Of a stretch of 64,000 bases of DNA, positions 27,401-38,595 are shown in pieces. Made by a program: the position numbers and the translations under genes. The stretch covers positions 11,168,017 through 11,232,016 of the forward strand of contig CM082592.2 of assembly GCA_040954595.2 (NCBI GenBank), written 5' to 3'. Positions within the stretch are counted from its first letter, which is position 1, and every line of letters begins with the position of its first letter. The notes beneath the pieces are model-generated. The model searched no databases, was not told the origin of the DNA, and saw only the letters and a list, made by a program, of their open reading frames with translations. Origin of the DNA: Balanoglossus misakiensis (lineage: Eukaryota; Animalia; Hemichordata).

Positions 27401-30400
27401 TTTAACCTTGCTGCACAAAATAACAGTTCACTATTTCCTGCTTGGAACACCGACAATGTACAGCGTTTGCTTCATTTGTCCTCTGCTGTCATGAATTGAC
27501 TGGATTTGGCTGTCTGGACCATGTGTTGACCTTGTTCATTCTAAAGTCCTGAAATTGCTGTTTCGGATCAAGGACTTCAAATAACACTACCCCAGAAAAT
27601 TACCGGTGTAATCAGAATAAGGGAAAATGTTAGCTTGCGTTTGCTTTCAACTCCCTGCAATGATAATACGTTGCTTCTAATGAGTATTATATTATACCAG
27701 TATATTGATGGTGTAAATCAAGCTATTTGATTGGTCGAGACACGACATGTGACCGTGATATATTAGCCATATACCACAGTCATATATCATAGTCAAAGAA
27801 AATGCCTTTTTAAAATGTTTTATGCAAAGTTTCAATATACTGGCATAATATAATAGCAATAAAACACCCCCAGCCATGGTATACCACTCGATTTTGACCA
27901 GTTCAACTCCATATACGCACTCGCTATCGCTCGTGCGTATATGTCGTGAACTGGTCAAAATCTCGTGGTATACCATGGCTGGGGGTGTTTTATTGCTTAA
28001 ATTGATATGATTGCTGTCCTGGGCATATGTCTGAACTCTCAAATCATTTCCAGGTTGTTGTTTGTTGAAAAAGTCTCAAACCAAGCGAATAAATCTCTAG
28101 AAATGGAGAAAGATTGCTGTAATTACAAAAAATGATTTCAGTATCGTTTCGTTTGAGAAAAAATGGCTCATGTCACTGGTTCATATTAACTACTGATCAC
28201 ATGGAATTTATTTACCTTGCCCATAAATTGAAAATTCAATTGTAAGCTACCAGGTATCTAAAATGTCTATTTTCGTCAGTCCAGACTGTTTACCTAGCAG
28301 AAAGAACAGAAGTGATATGCAAAATAACAGCTACAAGCATAGAAACTGAATTGAAAATAATGCTGGTACTGGAATAATAGTTGTGATGTATTTTATAGTG
28401 AAAAGGGTGTAGGACTTTTGCAGACAGCTTTTATAGTCACCTGTATTCAAATTTCGTGCAAGAGAACTAAAAATAGCACATTTACAAACTGTCATGCGAG
28501 ATCTCGCTTTTGGATTGTAGCTGTCAATAACAGTAAGATTGCAGTCAAGGCTGGTGGAATATAAGAAATGTTTTTACAGGTCAAAGAAATTTAGAAAAAC
28601 TAGAACAATTACTGCTGTAGTACTTAATTTCCTCCACAAGGATTCAAATCTGAAATGCCAAGTACAAGCTCTTTAAATGTCAAATTAGTTCCCTGCTGGT
28701 TTATATTACAATGAAATCCAATTAGTGTTTATATACAGCTATCAGCAGCCATTCATATAATAATGTTCCAGTGATGTATTGAAATGTTAAAGTTGTTTGA
28801 TATTTGACATCACAGGTGAACTTCAGCGAACCTTTATCCATGCTTCAAAGATTGACGGAAGATTTTGAGTACTCGGACACTCTGGATAAAGCAGCGGCCT
28901 GTGATGATCCTTGTGAGCAGTTAGCTTACGTAGCAGCATTTACAGTTTCCTCGTATGCCAATACAACCAACAGAACAGGTAAACCCTTCAATCCATTGTT
29001 GGGAGAGACCTACGAGTGTGATAGGACTGATGATATGGGATGGAGATCGCTGGTAGAGCAGGTAAGATCATTGGTGCATTTTGCAGTTCTGATCGATTGG
29101 AGTTCTCCTTTTTCTAAAGCCAGTGCTGAGTGGTCAATTACCCTGTTGAAATTCAAGAAATCAGTGTCTTACATGTAATAGTTGGAGCAGTACTCTGTGA
29201 CTTACTGGCCTCATTTTTGCATCGTCTGCTTGGAGAAAGCGCTATGTTTATGAAAAAGGTGTTGTTTTTACAGGTGAGCCATCATCCCCCAGCAGCATCG
29301 CAGTACTGTGAAAGCAAAGACTGGGAATGTTGGCAAGAATTTACAATGACCAGCAAATTCCGTGGCAAGTATCTACTCATCATTCCCCAGGGGATCGCAC
29401 ATCTAAGATTTAAGAAGTCTGGAAACCACTACACATGGAGAAAAGTCACGTCCACTGTACATAATATTATTGTTGGCAAACTTTGGGTGGATCAGGTAGG
29501 TGGAGATCTTCAGAAGTGTATTTCTGGTTTCGGATTGGTATCGTCTAGGAAGGTCTTGATCATTTCAGTTTGCATTTTTTGTAACAAGATGTGATTGAGA
29601 TAAATCAGTCTCTTGTAATAGTGACCTCTGGTGTTGAAGAAATATTGTTCCTTTTTTTCAGTCAGGGGAAATGGATATCTTCAACCACAAAACGAAAGAC
29701 AACTGTCATCTGAAATATGCTGCTTATAGCTACTTCTCAAGGGACATTCCCAGAAAGGTATGTACAGACTAAATTTTACACCAAGAATTATGTCTGGTGT
29801 ACTATTAGTGACAAGCTTTGTTTTCCATTTGGTACTTATTTATCAGAAAGCATTGCAGACAAAATCAAGAGAAGAACATATGAGCTTGTTAATTAACATA
29901 GTGACCCTGTGTGCACTGAACAGGTGACAGGAGTTGTGACTGATGTCAATGGCACTGCAAAGTATGTGGTATCTGGTACCTGGGATAAGAAGTTAGAAGC
30001 TGCCAAGATTTTGCACGGGGGTGAAAGACCAACCTCAGGGAGTAAAGAAAAACAGGTGTATCAGACTGGACCACCAAAATTACTTTGGCATCGTAACTAC
30101 CCACCGTAAGTTGTTTTCCTAATGGTGTCAGTGGTACCGTTGTCTGCTGCGTGTTTGATCAGTCGTACGATTGGTCAGTCTATCCATGTAACAAAATCTA
30201 ATTGGTCATTTCATGCATGTTCATTGCCGTGATTGGTCAATTCACAGTTCTGGTCATTTGTCTGTTTGCCCTAAAAGTAGTCATATTGCTGTTACAGCCC
30301 TGGAGCAGAACTTATGTATGGCATGACAGAGATGGCTATAACACTAAATGAAATGGAAGAAAATGTAGCCCCTACTGACTCTAGACAAAGGCCTGATCAG

Positions 30401-30984
30401 CGACTCATGGAAGACGGCAAATGGAATGAAGCAAATCAGGTCAAAATACAACTAGAAGAGAAACAACGAGCAAGAAGACGCAAACGAGAGTCTGAGGCAT
30501 CTGCAGTTGCAGCTACAGGTAAAATATATTCCTAACTCGATCACAATTACTCTGCTTTGACAAAAAGTATACTTACTAAGCAAGTAATGCATTGTCACTG
30601 TACCAGTCATTGAATGTAGGATTACTTCTGTTCTTTGTGACGATGTTGTCCAGGTTTGTGTGTTGAGCATGAACATGAAAGTTAAAGTGACAAGACTCTC
30701 ACACTCACGCTCTTACCCACCCTCTCTATCCCTGCCTCCTTTCATCCCTCCCTCTCTCCCACCCTCTCTATCATCCTCTCCCCCTCTTGCTAATACTGTG
30801 ATTATCCTGTTACTCATTCTTCGTGATCATTACAGGTAAAGTCTACGAGGGTTACAAGCCAGTGTGGTTTGAGAAGAAACAAGATTCCCTGACAAAGTCA
30901 ATGTTACATGTTTACAATGGACAATACTGGGACTGCAAGGACAAACAGGAATGGACTCGGTGCCCGGACATCTTTACCACATAA
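9475..30984 (+). CDS. OSBP: Oxysterol-binding protein (OSBP/OSBP2 pro-ortholog): PH domain, coiled coil, FFAT motif, ORD
   Basis: Exons: 9475-9599 (an in-frame ATG also lies at 9469), 11657-11865, 16616-16863, 25512-25695, 25941-26036 (possibly optional), 26204-26318, 26490-26664, 27051-27227, 28816-29061, 29274-29495, 29662-29757, 29924-30105, 30298-30518, 30836-30984. Motifs: [21 protein letters not shown] (PH), EFFDAIE (FFAT), [51 protein letters not shown] (ORD signature), [11 protein letters not shown], and C-terminal CPDIFTT. Confidence 0.97.
19019..19108. mobile_element. Degenerate copy of the TTAA-MITE family, opposite orientation to 31031-31115
   Basis: CCCTT...CACCACCATGATTTTGTCCAAATCCACTGTT...TTCTATGGTAAAGTTGGACCTC aligns by eye to the reverse complement of the 31031-31115 element. 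Confidence 0.6.
22823..22918. mobile_element. Degenerate TTAA-flanked MITE copy
   Basis: TTAA-TCCGTTTACCGCCGCCATAGTTTGG...GAAGAG-TTAA has a similar length and a similar terminal sequence to the 31031-31115 element. Confidence 0.45.
27855..27997. mobile_element. Fold-back (palindromic) MITE-like element in an OSBP intron
   Basis: The left arm AGCAATAAAACACCCCCAGCCATGGTATACCAC...GATTTTGACCAGTTCA...CATATACGCAC is nearly the exact reverse complement of the right arm ending ...GTGGTATACCATGGCTGGGGGTGTTTTATTGCT. The short central loop surrounds GCTATCGC. Confidence 0.85.
30715..30788. repeat. Polypyrimidine (CCCTCTCT-like) low-complexity tract in the last OSBP intron
   Basis: Degenerate repeats of CCCTCTCT(A/C) are visible directly. 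Confidence 0.6.
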
Positions 30985-31030
30985 ACTCAGACCTCTTACT
31001 GGAATGCTGTGCGAGACATTGACAGTTTAA

Positions 31031-31115
31031 CCCTTTCACCCCCAGTTCCCTCTTTAGAGGTCCAACCTTACCATAGAAAACAATAGGTTTGGACTGAACC
31101 ATGGCGGCGAAAGGG
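31031..31115. mobile_element. 85-bp piggyBac-type MITE in the OSBP 3'UTR
   Basis: TTAA target-site duplication at 31027-31030 and 31116-31119. Terminal inverted repeats CCCTTTCACCCCCA / TGGCGGCGAAAGGG, with the CCC...GGG ends typical of piggyBac. Confidence 0.8.
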
Positions 31116-34100
31116 TTAAAGGCCATGCTCTTCGTGCCATGGTTGTGGATCTGCTTCAAGTGGTGCTTGACATTTTTTTTGTATGTGCATTTTTATCACA
31201 TAGGTGTTATTAACCCTGAATCTGGGATCTTTATCATTTTGATGGGAAGTAAAAAAACAAACAAAATTAAATAAAGTAAAATTCAAGAGACACTTGAAAC
31301 TCTGGTTTTTACATAATTATGCAACAGAAAAATCACTTTCTTGTGGAAAGTGGACTAATATTGTACAGCGCAAGGGAGCAAGCTTTTTGCTGTTCTTCTA
31401 AAAGCTCGACTCTTGCCGGAGTGTCACTGGCGCTGTGACCTCTAAGTTCATTGCAATGCCTCGTAGCACGTGTGAGTGTCAATATAGCTGTAAATTTCTG
31501 CCTCTGTGTCTTTTTTTGTAGGAAGCATTTCAAGATAGCAAATATAGAATGGAACACAAGGGTGTTTTGACAGTTACAGGAGTCATCATTTCCATAGTGA
31601 AGGAAATTTGGCTCGTAGACAATCCAGTATTTGGGCTTCCGGCAGGAGTTAGGTTCCACTACATTTTTAGCAGAGTGTTAGAATAATATCAGTGACTGAT
31701 CCAAAACATAGAAAGTTGCCAGTTGGGCATGTATGTGATTATTCCCATGTCATTTTGTAACAAAATAACAATACTGAGTAGATGTTGTCAACTCCCATAC
31801 AATGTTTTACAAATCATTTTCATTGTTGATATTTACATGCTCATAGGAATATGTTAGGTACATGTACAAGTTTTCCCAGTCTCCCAGCATGTAAGCAGTA
31901 CTATGATTGTCAGATCTTACTTTGAGCATTTGGGGGTTTATTTTCAGACATTCTGTGATTTTATTGATCGCCAGTTGTTTTTTTTCTGAGAGAGAAAGAG
32001 AATGAAAAGTGAAATGACTGTTGACTACACAAACTGTGAACATTAATAATGACCTAGGTGCAATACAAGCCAATGTATTGGCTGCCTGTTTTGTTTTGTT
32101 TTACTGAGAAATATAAATTTAGTTTACAGAATTGGTAAAGTAGAAATGAAAGAGAATACAATAATATTTTAGCTTTTTTTGTCTCGTTATGTCAAGTTAC
32201 AGAGTTTAAGCTGCAAAGTGCAGTGCAGCATTGCATTACAGTTTTGTAAATTTTGAATAGTTTGTTATGCAAATTTTATGGTAATCTGCAGGTCATGGGT
32301 CAAGAGGACCCCTATCTTCTGTGTAAATTAGATAAGACCCCCTGATCATTGCGATGTCGTGGAGGCTTTCTTCTGTACCCACCTCACCCACCCAGATGTA
32401 AATTGTAAAAGATGAATATAGAGAGATGAATAGCTCGCAAGGGAAAGAGGTTTGTGTCAATTCATTTTTCACAAAATGAGCGTGTACTTGATGGGGTAGA
32501 GGGGCAGACATGTCATTGGCATTTTGAATTGTATCATCATCAATGTGAAGACTGTTCAACCAAACTACAATGTAACCTTGTTTTCAGAGATATGTTGTGT
32601 TTAATAGGATGTCATCTGTTGCCCAAGTTGATCAATACCAAAAATGAGAATATTTGGTAGCAAGAAGAGGATTTAATATGGATAGCAAAATGGTAAATAC
32701 CTGCCTGTGTTAAAACATATGATCATGGAAAACTCTAAATGTAGAAACTGTGTTATTGATTGCCCATCAGTTGGTTTTTCACACATTTTACCAAATAATG
32801 TAATTTAGTTATACCAACTGCTCAAGTAAGGTTAATTTTGGACTCTGCATAAGGTTGAATTTGTTTTCCCATTTGTCCGATTGATCCTGAAATCAACACT
32901 ATGTTAGGAAAGGAATTATGAAGCCTTGTGCACCACTATAAAGACGAGGTCAAAATTCTAGGAAAACTGGCAATAAGGAAAGAAATCTTTTTCTTTGTGA
33001 GCATCTCAGATAGAAAAGTTTAGCATTTCGAAATAATGTGTGATAGTTTGAAAAGCCATGTACATTTGGTGTAGTTAGTTTGATTGCCGCAGACACCAGT
33101 TCTCACACATAATTTCTGTTCCCATATCAATGTTTATGGCAACTTTGTACACGTTTTTTAACTCAAGGATATTTCTTGGTGGTCTTAATCTTTGAACAAA
33201 TGAACAAAATTGCACAAAAAGTCATAGCATAGAAGTTTCTACTGTTACTGTACAATAGTTTGCTCATTCCACAAAACTCTGTAATTGTGTGATTATTAAT
33301 TTGTCTTTCATTGTTTATGCAATTCTATTTAACTGCTTGGTTGAGGAAGAAAGCTAGAACCATGACAACAAGTGACTAAAACTTTAATAGAAAATCTGAA
33401 TCTTTCAGGTGTGGAAGAACCTAGTGTGTCGTAACTGAATCGGTTAGATTTTTCTCTTGGCTTTGAAACTCAGAAGTGGTGTTTTCTTTTAAAAGTACAT
33501 CCAGTAAATGTTGCAAGAATCAAGTTTGTTTGAACAAAGTGGTTTCTCTAGTTTTTGTGTTGGAAGTTGATTTTCAGCGGCCTCCCCTACCTCAGAAAAC
33601 GTAGAAGCCAGTTTACAGCCTTTAACCTCCAGACATGTTAAACAAACCTGACTGGCCTCCCATAATTGTCTGTTGTTTTCTCCACAGTCAATAACTCAAG
33701 TTCCCTCTTAAAGAAATCGACATCCATTCTTTTCCCTCGCATGATATGCCCTCAAAATTTACCAGCATTCACAGTGTAGTATAAAGCCAGTCCAGATTGG
33801 GTTAAATGTGAGTTAATTTTTTCCATTTAAACTCTTCCCCGATATTTTAACCCTACCCCAGATCTTCCAACAGTCGCACACCACCCCCACTGTATTGCAT
33901 GCGATCCATAGATATTAGCCAGATTTACGTACATTTGGGCTGGTACCCATTTCATATCCATTGTGTGTAACCGACGCTATATACTGTATTGTGGGTGACA
34001 GACAAAATGACCCCATCTATTTATAGAACTTTGTGTAAGTTAGTTCATACTTTTTTGCATAATTTGTTGATGAGGGAAAATTTGCCCCACTGGCAGGCTT

Positions 34101-34448
34101 TGACAGTTTACAGAGATATCCCTTTTTGTGGGCGAAGTTGGTAAAAGGTTGAAGATGAATTGATGTTATGATATATCTGTATAAATGAATAAAATAAGGA
34201 ATAAATTGTACCTAAATTTGTGGTAGCATTTCTTTAAGTGCGCCCTCTATTGGCCAAGGTTGACTGTAGAATAAAAGATAACTGTGCATTCAATCATGCA
34301 CAAAAATCAACACAAAGAGATGCAAAAGTAGGTAACAAACTTCAATTTATTAGAGAGAGAGACAAGAGTTTGTTGAAAACCATAAAATAAAAAATAAACA
34401 TTGAAAAACTAAGCACAGATTCACTGCATTGTAGATGCACAATTCAGT

Positions 34449-36895
34449 TCAAGATGAATCCTTCCCATCCTCATTTTCTTCTTCTGCCCCCTTAATATCA
34501 TCATTTTCTTTCTTTATTTCTCCATCTTCACCCTTTCCTTCATCCACTACCTCCCCTACCTTCTTTGCATCATCTTCCCCCTCCCCCTTTGTTTCATCTA
34601 CAACCTCCCCTTCATCAACCTCTTCCATCATAACATCTTCTGGCTTTAATTCCACTTCTTCTTGTTTTATTTCCACTTCTTTCTCCCCTCCACCTTCCTT
34701 CACCCCCTCTACATTGTCCTCCCCTCCAGATCCATCACCCTCCAGCCCCTCATCTGCCACAGTCTCCTCTTTCACTTCTACTCCCTCCATCTCCACGGCA
34801 ACAACTTCAACACTATCCTGTTGTACAACTTGGCTTTCATCTTCACTCTTGCCTTCATTACCGCTTTGTTTTTCCTCCCCTTGTGTGTCATCATCGCTTT
34901 TTGTCATGGTTTCTGCTTTTTTCTTTATTTCTACATCCTTTTGCTTTTCCCCTTCTGTGCCATCATCAGTTTTTGTCAAGGTTTCTGCTTTTTTCTTTTT
35001 TTCTTCAGCTTTTCCCGACTTGTGTTTCTGGAGAGAAAAAAATATGATCAAGGCACTGTAAAGTTTATAAAAATTATCCCTGATCTATGGGCCTTGTTGA
35101 AAAGCTTTAGAAGCTAAGCTGTTTCAAAGTTGAAATGAAGATTATGTTTATTTAACTCATCAGAGCATGGTACAACATGATATAGGCAATACATGTACAT
35201 GTACATGAGCTGTCCGCCATATTGGAAATCAGGTTGCATTGTGGGTATTGGGGTAATCAATATCAAGGTGCTCACCCATACAGCTGTTTGGTGGTTCATG
35301 TGCCTGCAGTGCATATCCATGGCACGTTTTGTCTTACTGAACACCATGTCACACAGAGAGCAGTAGAAAGCTCTCACTATGTACTTCTTTCCTGCGAATT
35401 TCAAAACAATTACATGTATAGAGATTATTATTGATGTCATGCATCCAACTTCTGATGAAATGCCATAATTTTGAAGTGATTCCATTGAAACTGGGCACAT
35501 ACGCATACCTATTGGATACTTTGACACAATCTTTTTATCATCTGCTGTTATGTCTGTCCGTGGCCGCTTTCCTTTCACATTTTTCTTGTGACGATTGCCT
35601 ACCAAATGTCTTAAGAAATCCTGTAGGAGTTGAAGGCAAAATGTTAGATCAAGTTCCAGCTGCACAGATATTCAGGGCCTGATATGATAATGAAATACTG
35701 TGGATCCCTGATCAGTCACAGGTAATGGAGGGGCAAAATATAACCACCAGGACTTGGCCACGGTTTTCTAAGGTGAATCTTGGCAAAGGTACTGTGTGTA
35801 CTAAAATAAACAACACAGCATTTATTTTACTTCTTTGAATTGTGTGTGAAATGTTGGAAAAAAAGACTTAATACATAAGGTAACTTTGGTTTCTTACCTC
35901 TGCTTTCACATTCCATACATTACATTCAGCACAATAAAATTTGTCAGGCTGCAATAAAAAACAATGTGCTAAGAATTATGTTTCATAGATGTTATAATAT
36001 ACATCCACACGTGGAAACTTTTTGGCAATCAGATTTATAAAAGCCTGATTCATGTCTGATAGTTCATTCCTCACCTGTGATTGTTTGCCTTTCTGTTCGT
36101 TGTTGCCAACATTTGCTGGTTTTCCAGATGCTTTGGTTTGTTGTTGTTGTTGTTGTTGTGATCCTTTGTTATGTTGTTTTTGTTGTTTATTTCCCTGTGG
36201 ACCTTTTGGGGGCTCTCTTCCTTTGTTCCAGTTCTTTGATTTGCTCTCACTGGTGTCTTGTCTCAGTCTCTTGGAATCAGGTCCCCTTCTGTCTCCGTCC
36301 TTGCTTCTGCTTCTTTGCCAGCGCTGTTTACCTTTCTGCTGGACAAAACAGTGAAATGTTTCCATCTGTACAATTTCATTTCAGTGTTCATAGTCAAGTT
36401 ATCACAAGCCAGATATTAACCATATTATATTTTAGGTATAAACATTTTTAAATGCATTATTCTATTTACCTGTGATGGTCTGTTGCCCCATGCATCACGC
36501 TTGCCTCTGAAGTGTTCATCCTGACGACCTCCATAACCTTTATAGCAATTGTCCATTCTGTTATACACTTCTTCTTCTTCCTGCAGACACCAACCACTTA
36601 CAGTTGCACTTGCCTGTTGCCTTTGTTGGTAGAAGGGATTGTAATCCTGACTTTGCAATGACATCTGAGCCAGGAACGGCCGGTATGTATTCCGCAGTTC
36701 TAGTTCAGCAGAGGGATTCAACAGACCCACTTTTTGCAAGGCAGACTGAATTTCTGGCAGAAGACGGTCAACACTCTGCCCAGTCTCCATCACTTTCATT
36801 GCTTGTATCACCAGGATCTCTGCCTGATTCACTAACAGTTTTGTTTGTAAGATGGTGGGGTCCTGACCCAGAAAATGTTGCACGTTAAAATCCAT
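34449..36895 (-). CDS. Matrin/CIZ1-type (U1-like C2H2) zinc-finger protein with Q/K-rich middle and long acidic C-terminal tail
   Basis: Exons 36895-36470, 36338-36075, 35948-35898, 35620-35509, 35391-35276 and 35027-34449 splice in frame. Finger 1 is FYCAECNVWNVKAEDFLRHLVGNRH. Finger 2 is YPIGKKYIVRAFYCSLCDMVFSKTKRAMDMHCRHMNH (matrin-3/CIZ1-like). The last exon is E/D-rich. A minus-strand AATAAA lies near 34346-34351. Confidence 0.8.
36139..36159. repeat. (TTG)n microsatellite encoding a polyglutamine run in the zinc-finger gene
   Basis: The TTG run on + reads CAA repeats on the coding strand (SQQQQQQQT). Confidence 0.8.
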
Positions 36896-37137
36896 TTTCT
36901 CTAAGTATTTTCTGGCAAAAACAAAATTATGGCACAAACAGGCAGCTCAAAGCAGCAGCCAATGGATTTGTGGAGAGGATTTGTTTGCATGTTATTTACT
37001 TCCTCAATCGATACGCCATCACAGTCATGTTAGAGAAACGTCTTACTCTCTCGTTTTTTTTTTCCGGGTATGACTTAGGGGGCATGGTTCTGTTTTGTAC
37101 AATTAGCCTAAAGGGTCTAACCTTGAGGATTTCCAAG

Positions 37138-38387
37138 ATGGCTGCCCCCGTTACAAAGAAAGTCGGAATCCTGGTTGAGTTTAATTACGAAGATTTGGAG
37201 GTAAGGAGAAACATTTACTTCGTTCGTGTACTCATGTCCTAAAATGAAGAAAGTTGCTTCTTTTTTGTGACGACTTTGAGTGTTGACTCCATTCAAGAAA
37301 GTACTACTGCACTTCCCGTAGATACGATCATGCGTTTGTTTTGAGATGGAAATTTCCGTGTTGAAGTGCTCATTGTCATCAATGTAATGTACATGTACTT
37401 TGTTGTGCAGTTATGGTATCCATTACTGAGGTTACGTGAAGAAGGCATGGAAACGATCACTATTGGGCCACAGAAGGACAAAGTTTATAATTCTAAGCAC
37501 GGCTATCCATGCAAAGCTGATGTGGACATTGAAAGCATATCACCTGCTGTAAGTTAGTATATAGCCTGCCATTCTTACAATCATGTGAACATATTCTTGG
37601 CATGGATTAGTGGCGAAGAAATTTGCGGATTTAACATAGCCATTTTTCCCATTGACTTTTCCAGGATCTTGATGCCTTAGTGATTCCCGGTGGATGGGCA
37701 CCAGATTACTGGAGAAGGGACAGGCGGTTTGTGGATTTAGTCAGGTGCATGTTTGAAGCAGGTATGTGCCATAGAGAGGCTAAAAGTACATGTACTACTG
37801 CTGCATGCTACACTCTTGCTGCAACTGCCTCTGCTTCGAGTACAACACACTACTACTGTTTTGATGTACATTTAATTATCAGTAGAGAGATGATCTCATC
37901 TTTGAATGTCTCCTTCTTTGTAGAGAAACCTGTGGCAGCACTTTGTCATGGACCGTGGCTTTTGATCTCAGCGAATGTTCTACGGGGTCGGCAAGCAACT
38001 TGTTTTCATTCCATTAAAGATGATGTGATCAATGCTGGGTAAGACATTATGAGTTTTCTATTGAGTGATAGTAGTAAAATGAAGGGGGCAAAATCATAGT
38101 GACGTCTTAATCAGGAACTATGTCATTACCAATGGCTTATTTTGTTTTTCATATTTTCCAAAATCCAGGGCTGAATATCAAGATGCACCAGTAGTAGTAG
38201 ATGGTAATTTGGTAAGTGTCAAACTCCAAAATCACTTGAAATCATCAGTCACCTTTGTTGACTCACAGTATTTGCATGATGTCAAATTTGACTTGTTGTA
38301 TTTTCTACTTCACAGATAACATCAAGAGTGCCCGCAGACTTGCCGGAATTCTGTAAAGCCTTGCTCACACAACTTCACTTCTCATAG
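37138..38387 (+). CDS. PfpI/YhbO-type intracellular protease/glyoxalase-deglycase (DJ-1/PfpI superfamily, peptidase C56)
   Basis: Exons 37138-37200, 37411-37548, 37665-37761, 37924-38038, 38169-38211 and 38316-38387 splice in frame. Motifs: YEDLELWYP, SKHGYP, DALVIPGGWAPD, AALCHGPW (catalytic Cys-His), IKDDVINAGAEYQDAPVVVDGNLITSRVPADLPEF. Confidence 0.92.
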
Positions 38388-38464
38388 CACAGAATGCATC
38401 GCTACTGCATGTTTCTGTTCTCACTTTGCTTTCTTCTGCCATTGCAACTTTTGCCCGTTTGAAT

Positions 38465-38595
38465 GTGACCAAGTGAAAAAACCTATGACATTGTGACCAA
38501 TGTTCAATAATGTGTCCAAATTCTACCAATATGGCCAACTTCTGTCACTGTGACCAATCCATGTCCAAGTGACCAACTTCTGCTGTGACCAACTT
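38465..38595. repeat. Degenerate GTGACCAA minisatellite in the PfpI-like gene 3'UTR
   Basis: GTGACCAA occurs at about 38465, 38493, 38550, 38569 and 38586, with variants (TGTCCAA, TACCAA, TGGCCAA) between them. Confidence 0.6.

Noticed and set aside
34435-35117. Ser/Pro/Phe-rich plus-strand ORFs of 208 and 151 aa
   Set aside because: They are antisense shadows of the Glu/Lys-rich last exon of the zinc-finger gene.
36052-36451. Poly-Cys and poly-Val plus-strand ORFs
   Set aside because: They are antisense to the CAA/polyQ exon and have no independent support.
37138-38387. Calling this gene PARK7/DJ-1
   Set aside because: It has CHGPW, YEDLELWYP and TSRVPADL (PfpI-type), not the DJ-1 motifs GAEEME, CAGP and TSRGPGT.
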